Part shown: positions 18,010-25,609 of the stretch, one piece after another
How positions within the stretch are numbered: position 1 is the stretch's first letter
How the letters are laid out: each line of letters starts with the position of its first letter
Source: Candidatus Aenigmatarchaeota archaeon
Lineage (GTDB): Archaea > Aenigmatarchaeota > Aenigmatarchaeia > CG10238-14 > SpSt-28
DNA: 35,295 nt
Assembly: GCA_032249395.1 (NCBI GenBank)
Contig: JAVVFY010000008.1
Span: 1-35,295, forward strand
Direction: 5' to 3'
Translations under genes and position numbers: made by a program
Notes under the pieces: generated by a model
The model's input: the letters and a program-made list of their open reading frames with translations, nothing else
Databases searched by the model: none
What the model was told of the DNA's origin: nothing

Positions 18010-18951
18010 ATGTATGATGTTATAATAATTGGTGCCGGTGCTGCAGGTTTGACAGCAGCAATATATGCTAGAAGAAGGTTGATGAAGACTTTGGTAATTT
18101 CTTTAGACATAGGTGGACAAGCTTTGCTTACAGAGCAAATAGAAAATTACCCTGGCTATCTAGATAAGAGCGGACCAAAACTTATGAGAATTTTTGAGAA
18201 GCAGGCAAGAGACTTCGGGGCAGAAATATTGATTGGTTATGTTACTAAGGTTGAAAAAGTTAACGATCATTTCAAAGTAATTAGCAACGTTGGCGAGTTT
18301 GAAGCAAAAACTGTTATAATTGCTTCTGGAAAAGTTCCTAGAAAGTTGAATGTTCCTGGAGAAGATAAGTTTTTAGGAAGAGGTGTTAGCACTTGTGTAA
18401 CTTGCGACGCTCCTTTTGCTAGGAATAAGGTAGTTGCTGTTGTTGGCGGTGGAAATTCGGCATTAGAAGGAGTAGAAGTAGTTTCAAAGTTTGCTAATAA
18501 AGTTTATCTAATTCACAGAAGAGAGCAGTTCAGAGCGGATGAAATAACAGTCGAAAAAGTTAAAAAGTTGCCGAATGTTGAATTCATCTTAAACACTGTT
18601 ATAACAGAAATAAAAGGAGATAAAAAGTTAGAAAGCATTGTAATACAAAATGTAAAAACTGGAGAAACAAAAGAACTAAAAGTCGATATGGTGTTTTTAG
18701 AAATTGGGCATGAAACAAAAATAGATTTTGTTAAGCATTTAGTTAAAACAGATGAATATAATCAAATCATAACTAATAAAGCCGCTGAAACAAGTTGTCC
18801 AGGAATTTTTGCAGCAGGAGATGTTACAGATTCTCCCTACAGACAATTGGTAATATCTGCAGCAGAAGGTGCTATTGCAGCTTTATCAGCTTATAACTAT
18901 ATTGCCAAAAAAGAAGGAAAAGAAGCCGTTAAGGCTGACTGGAAAGGATAG
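18010..18951 (+). CDS. trxB: NADPH-dependent thioredoxin reductase
   Basis: IIGAGAAG, CVTCD, VVGGGNSA, HRREQFR and FAAGD. Confidence 0.95.
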   Translation: MYDVIIIGAGAAGLTAAIYARRRLMKTLVISLDIGGQALLTEQIENYPGYLDKSGPKLMRIFEKQARDFGAEILIGYVTKVEKVNDHFKVISNVGEFEAKTVIIASGKVPRKLNVPGEDKFLGRGVSTCVTCDAPFARNKVVAVVGGGNSALEGVEVVSKFANKVYLIHRREQFRADEITVEKVKKLPNVEFILNTVITEIKGDKKLESIVIQNVKTGETKELKVDMVFLEIGHETKIDFVKHLVKTDEYNQIITNKAAETSCPGIFAAGDVTDSPYRQLVISAAEGAIAALSAYNYIAKKEGKEAVKADWKG

Positions 18952-18954
18952 GAG

Positions 18955-20076
18955 GTGGTTTTTGTGATAGAGAAGTTTATGGATGAGTTTGGCCCAGAAA
19001 AAATAATAGAAGTTTATGATCCGAAAGTGAAGCTTCATGGTTTTGTTGTAATTGATAACACAGCCAGAGGTCCTGGTAAAGGCGGAATCAGAATGACGCC
19101 AACAGTTACAGTAGAAGAAGTCTTTAGATTAGCAAGAACGATGACATGGAAAACCGCAATGGCTGATTTGCCTTTTGGCGGAGCTAAGTCTGGGATAGTT
19201 GCTAGTGAGGAAGATTTGAAGAATAAAGAAAAAAAGAAGCAATTGATGATTGCCTTTGGAAAAGCTTTGAGAAATATTGCTCCAAAGATTTACATTGCCG
19301 CTCCAGATGTTAATACGGGAGAAGAGGAAATGAGATGGTTCGTAGAAGGAAATGGCAATCCTAAATCAACAACAGGAAAGCCAAAAGATTTAGGTGGTTT
19401 GCCTCATGAACTAGGAAGTACAGGCTTTGGAGTTTATCATTCTACTTTAGTTGCAGCCGAATTTTCAAAATTAGACATAAAAAGTGCAACAGTTGCTATT
19501 GAAGGCTTTGGAAATGTAGGAAGCTTTACTGCGAAGTTTTTGTATGAAGCTGGAGCAAAAATAGTTGCAGTTAGCGATAGTAAAGGAGCAATCTACAATA
19601 AAGATGGCTTAGATGTACCAAAACTCATGGAAGTTAAAAAGCAAACTGGAAGTGTTATAAATTACAAGCCTGGAGAAGTTTTGTCAAACGAAAAAATATT
19701 TGAATTGCCAGTTGACATTTTAATTCCTGCAGCAATGCCAGATGTGATTAATGAAAAAAATGTTGATAAAGTTCAAGCAAAGATTGTAGTTGAAGCATCT
19801 AACATTCCAGCAAAGCCAGAAATTGAAGAAATCTTACATAAAAGAGGAATATTAGTAGTTCCAGATTTTGTTGCAAACGCAGGTGGAGTAATTTCAAGTT
19901 ATGCAGAATACAGAGGTTATGACGAAAGGAAAGCGTTTGAATTAATAGAAAAGAAAATTGTTAAAAACACTAGATTGGTTTTAAATAGAGCTAAGAAATT
20001 AAATGTTAAGCCAAGAGATGTTGCATTAGAAATTGCTAAGGAAAGAGTTTTTAAAGCAATGAGCAAAAATAGTTAA
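18955..20076 (+). CDS. gdhA: Glu/Leu/Phe/Val dehydrogenase (glutamate dehydrogenase-like)
   Basis: GPGKGGIR, MTWK, GGAKSG, APDVNT, GFGNVG, VSDSKG and PDFVANAGGV; GTG start with GGAGG overlapping it. Confidence 0.92.
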   Translation: MVFVIEKFMDEFGPEKIIEVYDPKVKLHGFVVIDNTARGPGKGGIRMTPTVTVEEVFRLARTMTWKTAMADLPFGGAKSGIVASEEDLKNKEKKKQLMIAFGKALRNIAPKIYIAAPDVNTGEEEMRWFVEGNGNPKSTTGKPKDLGGLPHELGSTGFGVYHSTLVAAEFSKLDIKSATVAIEGFGNVGSFTAKFLYEAGAKIVAVSDSKGAIYNKDGLDVPKLMEVKKQTGSVINYKPGEVLSNEKIFELPVDILIPAAMPDVINEKNVDKVQAKIVVEASNIPAKPEIEEILHKRGILVVPDFVANAGGVISSYAEYRGYDERKAFELIEKKIVKNTRLVLNRAKKLNVKPRDVALEIAKERVFKAMSKNS

Positions 20077-20105
20077 CTTTTTATTTTTACTTTCTTTATT
20101 TTTTT
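20077..20105 (+). terminator. Oligo-T tract, possible archaeal intrinsic terminator
   Basis: T-rich run between gdhA and the NAD kinase gene. Confidence 0.35.
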
Positions 20106-20813
20106 ATGAGAGCGTTTGTATTTTCTTTTCTTCCGAAAAAAGATGTTAAAACCATAAAAAAAATTCTGTTGAAAAAAGGATTCATCGTTTCTGCGTATAA
20201 GCCAGATTTGATTGTGAGTTTTGGTGGAGATGGAACATTTCTTAGTTCTGAAAGAAATTATCCTGGTGTACCAAAAATATTTTTAAGAGATCACGGTGAG
20301 AAGACCAAAGATATTGATGTTGATTTAAAAGATTTTGAAAGAGTTTTAGAAAAAGTTAAGAAAGGCCTATATAAAATAATTGAGTTTTATAAGGTTGAAG
20401 CAATCTACAATAGCAAAAAGTTGGTAGGTTTGAATGAAGTCCAAATAAGAAATAGATTGCCTATAGAAGCTTTAAGATTTAACTTAAAAGTTAATGGCAA
20501 AAGTTTAGAAAATGTTATTGCAGATGGCGTCGTTGTTGCAACACCTTTTGGATCTACTGGGTATTTTTCATCGATAGGTGGAAAGAAGTTTAAAAAGGGT
20601 TTGGGAATATGCTTGAACAATCCATATTATCCAAGAGACAAAAAAAAGAAATGTATGATTGTTGATGAAAGAAAGAAAATTTATGTGAAAATTAATTATG
20701 GGAGCGCAAATTTAGCTGCAGATAATAACAGAAATGTGATCAATATAAAAGCTGGAGACGAAGTTACAATAAGAAAAAGCGAAGAAAAGGCGAAAGTTAT
20801 AGTTGTTAAGTAA
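20106..20813 (+). CDS. nadK: NAD(+) kinase
   Basis: SFGGDGTFL, LNE and ADGVVVATPFGSTGY. Confidence 0.93.
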   Translation: MRAFVFSFLPKKDVKTIKKILLKKGFIVSAYKPDLIVSFGGDGTFLSSERNYPGVPKIFLRDHGEKTKDIDVDLKDFERVLEKVKKGLYKIIEFYKVEAIYNSKKLVGLNEVQIRNRLPIEALRFNLKVNGKSLENVIADGVVVATPFGSTGYFSSIGGKKFKKGLGICLNNPYYPRDKKKKCMIVDERKKIYVKINYGSANLAADNNRNVINIKAGDEVTIRKSEEKAKVIVVK

Positions 20814-20915
20814 CTACTTTAGTATTATCACATTTCTTCTCATTCTACCAAATCCTTTTTTCAATCCCTTGTATTTTTTCTTCTTTAGTTCAGGTTCTAT
20901 AGAGTCTATGTCCAT
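20814..20915 (-). CDS. Putative 33-aa basic small protein
   Basis: MDIDSIEPELKKKKYKGLKKGFGRMRRNVIILK*; stop abuts the nadK stop; purine-rich coding-like composition; TATA-like TTTATTAA upstream. Confidence 0.5.
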   Translation of the reverse strand: MDIDSIEPELKKKKYKGLKKGFGRMRRNVIILK

Positions 20916-20947
20916 AAAATGTATTTAAATACCTAGGTTAATAAAGA

Positions 20948-21595
20948 ATGATGATAATTGATGAAGAATCTGCAAAAGTGCTAAAGGAAAAGTTTAACAA
21001 TGAAATGAAAAGAGAAGTAAAAATTAAAGTCTTTATAGATAAGGAAGAAAAAATTGAAGGATCAACAAGATTTATCGAAGAATTTTTGAAAGAGTTAAAA
21101 GAGTTATCAGAAGGAAAAATAAATTTTGAGATTTATCAAAAAGATTCGGAAGAAGCTAAGAAATATGGAGTAGATAAAGCGCCAACTATTTTGATAGATC
21201 CAGAGAATTCATACAAAATTGTTTACTTGGGATTGCCTTTAGGGGAAGAAGCTTGGGCATTCATAGATACAATAGTTCAGGTTTCAAAAGATGAAAGTTT
21301 GTTGTCAAGGAAATCAAAAGAAAAATTAAAGCAATTGAAAGAAGAAAGGGAAATCGTGATTTTTGTAACACCAACTTGCCCATATTGTCCTTATCAAGTT
21401 TTACTTGCGAACAATGTGGCGATAGAGACGAAAGGAATAGTTAAATCAGTTTGTGTTGACGCATTGGAATTTCCGGAACTAGCTGATAAATTTGAAGTAA
21501 GTGCAGTTCCTCACAATGTTATTAATGAGAAAACATCATCTATAGGAGTTCAACCAGAGGAAAAGTTTGTAGACGATGTTATAAAGGGTGGTTAA
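20948..21595 (+). CDS. Protein disulfide oxidoreductase (PDO, two Trx folds), N-terminal CxxC absent
   Basis: GVDKAPT, YLGLPLGEE, FVTPTCPYCP and VSAVPH. Confidence 0.9.
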   Translation: MMIIDEESAKVLKEKFNNEMKREVKIKVFIDKEEKIEGSTRFIEEFLKELKELSEGKINFEIYQKDSEEAKKYGVDKAPTILIDPENSYKIVYLGLPLGEEAWAFIDTIVQVSKDESLLSRKSKEKLKQLKEEREIVIFVTPTCPYCPYQVLLANNVAIETKGIVKSVCVDALEFPELADKFEVSAVPHNVINEKTSSIGVQPEEKFVDDVIKGG

Positions 21596-21860
21596 ATTCC
21601 ACCCTATACTTCTTCTTTTTGGAATTTTGGATATAGTTGCTGGTATTAGTTACATTTTAAATATTCCTCTATTTCCACTTTACATTATAATTCTAGTAAA
21701 AGGTATTTGGGGATTAACAACTGGGGTTCAATACAAAGATTTATTATCGCTTGGTTTATCAACAATAGATATAATCTTTTCGATTCTAGCTATTTTTTCC
21801 GTAAAAATTGATTTTTTTGCTGTTTTGATGATAATAAAAGGAGTAATTTCTTTAGTCTAA
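21588..21860 (+). CDS. Small hydrophobic membrane protein with an internal repeat
   Basis: Multiple TM segments; LDIVAGI...IILVKGIWGL and IDIIFSI...LMIIKGVISL. Confidence 0.65.
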   Translation: MVKFHPILLLFGILDIVAGISYILNIPLFPLYIIILVKGIWGLTTGVQYKDLLSLGLSTIDIIFSILAIFSVKIDFFAVLMIIKGVISLV

Positions 21861-21898
21861 ACAATATAAAAAGTAGAGTAAAGATGTTTCAGATGATT

Positions 21899-22288
21899 TT
21901 ACTTTAGTGGTTTTAGAGTTTTTATTCCCAGAATCTCGTAATATTCTATTTCTGCTCCTTCCTTTATGTCATCCTTTCTCTCTTCTGGTATTTCTAGTTG
22001 TAACTCTTCAAATGTTTGGGAATCCATTAGATGGGCTATATTTCCAGTTATTGCCAGCACTTGCGCTTTCTTCCTTTGCAATATTGGAACCTCTACTTCT
22101 TCATCAGAAGGTTTAACTATGCTTCTTCTTGTTCCATCAAAAAGACCTATCGCTTCTACTCTAGTTTTTGCCGCCCCGTGCTTTCCACTAACTGATGTTG
22201 TTACTTTCTCTACTCTACATGGAACACCATCTATCGTTATATAGTTTCCAGGTTTCAAGTTCTTTATAACTTGTGTTGTTTTCTCCAT
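21899..22288 (-). CDS. eif5a: Translation factor aIF-5A
   Basis: LKPGNYITIDGVPC and SGKHGAAK (hypusine Lys); ATG at 22288. Confidence 0.96.
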   Translation of the reverse strand: MEKTTQVIKNLKPGNYITIDGVPCRVEKVTTSVSGKHGAAKTRVEAIGLFDGTRRSIVKPSDEEVEVPILQRKKAQVLAITGNIAHLMDSQTFEELQLEIPEERKDDIKEGAEIEYYEILGIKTLKPLK

Positions 22289-22292
22289 ATTT

Positions 22293-22499
22293 TCACCTTG
22301 TTGCAAGTTCTATATCTTCTTTTTTTACGGTCATTCTTTTTGCGTGATTAGCAAATTCTATGGCCTTCTTCGATATTTTTTCAGTCATCTCAATTATAAA
22401 ACTTTCTAATTCCATCAAAGCTTCTTTTGATATTCGCTTTATACCAGCTTTTCTTGCGAGTTTTATTAATGTGTTTTTCCTAATTTTTGGTTCAGACAT
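22293..22499 (-). CDS. Archaeal histone (HMf-like)
   Basis: KAGIKRISKEA...AIEFANHAKRMTVKKEDIELA histone fold with RxTxxxxD clamp. Confidence 0.92.
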   Translation of the reverse strand: MSEPKIRKNTLIKLARKAGIKRISKEALMELESFIIEMTEKISKKAIEFANHAKRMTVKKEDIELATR

Positions 22500-22989
22500 A
22501 ATTTTTTATTGTGTTAAATAAATAAAAATTTATGGATGGAATTGTTTCTTCTCACATTTATTTTGCCACACTCCAATCAATATGAATTTTTTACCGCACG
22601 TTTTTCATTTAACTTTGAAATTATGTTGCTTACGTCTACCTTCACTAATTTTTTTAATTCAAAATTACATTCCCTAATAAAGATGCGTTCTCTTTTAAAC
22701 TTTTACCTTACAGACTTCATAAGAGTTCTCATCTGGCAATATTGAGAAATCAAAAGAGAGTTTAGTGAAATATATTGGATTTTCAAAAATCTTATTGTAT
22801 TGAAATTATTGCCGCTTCTTATGAGAGAACCATAATCTCTTTAATTGAAGTTGTAAAAATCAAAATTTAATCCAATTTAATTAAATATTCTACCAGAATG
22901 GTAGAGGCCAAATTATATTCCTTGGCTGCCTAACAAAAAATCAAAATATCTAAAGTCATTAATATTATTTCGAAAATGCGTTAAATACT

Positions 22990-23463
22990 TTAAACTTTTC
23001 TCATCGTTTTCATTATTCTTCTTGCTTTTGGAACCAAACTTTCTATTTTATCTTCTCTCAAAATTCCACTACCAAGAAAATCGTTTTCATTTTTTATTAA
23101 AACAAAATTGTTGACTTCACAGTTGATTAAGGTGCTCCACTTAAACTCAAAGCCCTCCATATAGCGGGAAGTATTTTCATCATCAACTATAGCTATATTT
23201 TTGTTTGCTAATCTCCCAACAATTTGACTTCCTTCAACAGAAAGTTGTATCTTTTCATTTCTTTTCAATCTTCCAAAATACATACCAACATAACTAGCTA
23301 TTGGTATTAATCTTTCGTCAACAGATTTTGAAACTATGTATATTTCATTTCTATTGTTTATGTAGCAATCAAAGCTAGACAAGTCTAATTTCGCACCATA
23401 ATTTTTTTCTACAATTTTCTCAATCTCCTTCTTCTCATTTTCACTCATTTTCTTAACTTGCAT
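22990..23463 (-). CDS. Pre-PUA/PUA protein (Nip7 / RsmF C-terminal-like)
   Basis: GMYFGRL, LSVEGSQIVG, FVLIK...DFLGSG and LVPKARR; overlaps the m5C methyltransferase gene. Confidence 0.75.
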   Translation of the reverse strand: MQVKKMSENEKKEIEKIVEKNYGAKLDLSSFDCYINNRNEIYIVSKSVDERLIPIASYVGMYFGRLKRNEKIQLSVEGSQIVGRLANKNIAIVDDENTSRYMEGFEFKWSTLINCEVNNFVLIKNENDFLGSGILREDKIESLVPKARRIMKTMRKV

Positions 23464-24362
23464 ACAAAGAATCCCTCCGTTTGGTTATCGAATGGAAAGA
23501 ATCTTATCGCATATTTTGCATTTTCAAAAACTTTTTTCCTATATCTTTCAATTCCAGTTCTATATTTTAGTCCTTTGATCTCAATTTTTTCTGGTTTTAA
23601 TCCAAGCTTTTTTATTGCGTATTCCATATTTTCTTCGTCCTCTTCAGGATCCATTGAGCAAGTTGAATATACTAAAGTTCCTCCTTCTTTTAAGACTTCA
23701 ACAGCAGCTCTCAATAATTGTTTCTGCAGATTACTTAATCTCTCGACAACATGCTGACTCCAAAATTCTAAAACTCTAAAGCTGCTTATAAAAGTTCCGC
23801 TAGCGCTACAAGGAACATCTAATAAAATTTTATCGAATTTCATGTTTAGCTCTTTTATATTTCTTGCATCCATCATAGTAACAACGACGTTTCTCGCGCC
23901 AATTTTCTGTATGTTGAAAGAGAGAGCTTTGATCCTTTTTGGATTAACATCGTTTGCGACTATTAAACCTTCATTTTTCATTAATTCAGCAATGAAAGTT
24001 GTTTTTGAACCAGGAGAAGCACAGGCATCCAAAATAGCTTCTCCTGGTTTTGGATCTAAAGCTATAACTGGAACAAGGCTTGCAGCATCTTGTATGTAAT
24101 AATACCCCAGAAAAAATTCTTTTGTTTTTGCTATACTTTCTTGCGTCTCTACAAAAAAAGCGTTTTCATACCATGGAACTTCTTCTAACTTCCAACCTTT
24201 TCTCTCCAATCTTTCTTTTAATTCTTCTTTTGAAATCTTCAGAGTATTAACTCTAATACACTCTTTTGGTCTTTTATACAAGCAAGACTCTAACAATGGA
24301 AATTCTTCTCCAAGCAATTCTTGAAATTTATTTTTGAAGCCTTGAGGAAATTCTATCTGCAT
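23445..24362 (-). CDS. RsmB/NOL1/NOP2/NSUN family RNA m5C methyltransferase
   Basis: IRVNTLK, YIQDAAS, DACASPGSKT, DVPCSASG and YSTCS (both catalytic Cys), GFFVCKL. Confidence 0.95.
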   Translation of the reverse strand: MQIEFPQGFKNKFQELLGEEFPLLESCLYKRPKECIRVNTLKISKEELKERLERKGWKLEEVPWYENAFFVETQESIAKTKEFFLGYYYIQDAASLVPVIALDPKPGEAILDACASPGSKTTFIAELMKNEGLIVANDVNPKRIKALSFNIQKIGARNVVVTMMDARNIKELNMKFDKILLDVPCSASGTFISSFRVLEFWSQHVVERLSNLQKQLLRAAVEVLKEGGTLVYSTCSMDPEEDEENMEYAIKKLGLKPEKIEIKGLKYRTGIERYRKKVFENAKYAIRFFPFDNQTEGFFVCKLRK

Positions 24363-24476
24363 GGTTAAATTTTGAAACATTGGTTAAATTGTTTTTATTT
24401 AAATATCTCTAAAATCAAAACGTCACGCTCGCATTAGCTGTATATTGGAAAGATTCGACAATTTTCGTTTGAATTC

Positions 24477-25424
24477 TTAACTCATTTTATACGTTCCTTT
24501 CTTCATTATCACTCTATCAATTCTCACAGCTACTCCTTTTTTAGCTTCATACATTTTTTGGCTATTCATTTTTGCTATACCAATTGCAACCAATTCATTC
24601 TTCAAACTCATTATTGCTATTAATTCACCTTCAACGATCCCCTCTTGTATTCTAACAATACCAACAGGATATAATGGAGCTCCGTTGCAAATTGCTTCTA
24701 TTGCTGTATCTTTTACAAAAACTTTCTTAACATGATCAATAGCAAATTCTATAGGAATTAAAATCTTTCTCAAGTACTTTTCTTCTCCTTCTTTCCAAAA
24801 TTCAAAAGCATCTCTAATTTCAACCAAAGAATGAGCTTCTTCTTCAGTAAAATTGCCTGCTTTTATTCTTCTCAATTCAACCATATGAGCTCCTATTCCA
24901 GCTTCTACACCAATATCCCAAACAAGCTTTCTTATGTAAGTTCCAGCTTCTACTCTCGTTTGAAACAAAACATCTCTACCATTAGCTTCTAAAATATCAA
25001 AAGTTTTGACTTCCCTCACTCTTGGTCTTCTAGCTACGGCAGCTTTTTTAGGAGGAATTTGAATTATTTTACCAATAAACTTCTTTGCGATTATTTCTTT
25101 CAATTTTTCTATATCAAAATCTTTATGCAAGTGCATTATTCCGACGTATTCTTTTTCCAATTTTTGAAAGAGAGGAGCAGCTTTTACTGCGTCGTTTAAC
25201 AAAACAGGCAAAACTCCAGTAACTTTTGGGTCCAAAGTTCCTATATGGCCAACTTTTTTAGCATTAAAAATTTCTTTAACCCATAGACTTACTTGGTGGC
25301 TAGTCGGTCCTTCATGTTTATCGACAATTATAACAGAATTTTCGATTAACTCTTCTATTGTTCTTTCTTCTGGTTTCTTTCCAAATCTTTCATCAGTTTC
25401 TTCTATTCCTCTAACGAGCCACAT
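24477..25424 (-). CDS. cbf5: H/ACA-guided / tRNA pseudouridine synthase Cbf5
   Basis: DKHEGPTSHQV, GHIGTLDPKVTG, GTYIRKL, HMVELRR and a C-terminal PUA domain; ATG at 25424. Confidence 0.96.
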   Translation of the reverse strand: MWLVRGIEETDERFGKKPEERTIEELIENSVIIVDKHEGPTSHQVSLWVKEIFNAKKVGHIGTLDPKVTGVLPVLLNDAVKAAPLFQKLEKEYVGIMHLHKDFDIEKLKEIIAKKFIGKIIQIPPKKAAVARRPRVREVKTFDILEANGRDVLFQTRVEAGTYIRKLVWDIGVEAGIGAHMVELRRIKAGNFTEEEAHSLVEIRDAFEFWKEGEEKYLRKILIPIEFAIDHVKKVFVKDTAIEAICNGAPLYPVGIVRIQEGIVEGELIAIMSLKNELVAIGIAKMNSQKMYEAKKGVAVRIDRVIMKKGTYKMS

Positions 25425-25609
25425 AGAATAAAATGTTTTTGTAAAAATTAAATGATTCCAAACAAAAATCATGCTTTACGCTGAAGGCAACAAAGGTAGA
25501 AACTTTCCATCGTATATACTGTGTTATCCATCGCGCAAACTCGAAGGGTATGTCAATCATCCAAATACTATCACAATTTGGATTTTTTAATTTCTCTCTT
25601 AATATATAA

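Noticed and set aside
22536..22745. Plus-strand 69-aa ORF
   Set aside because: Pyrimidine-rich, antisense-like composition; no homology recognisable
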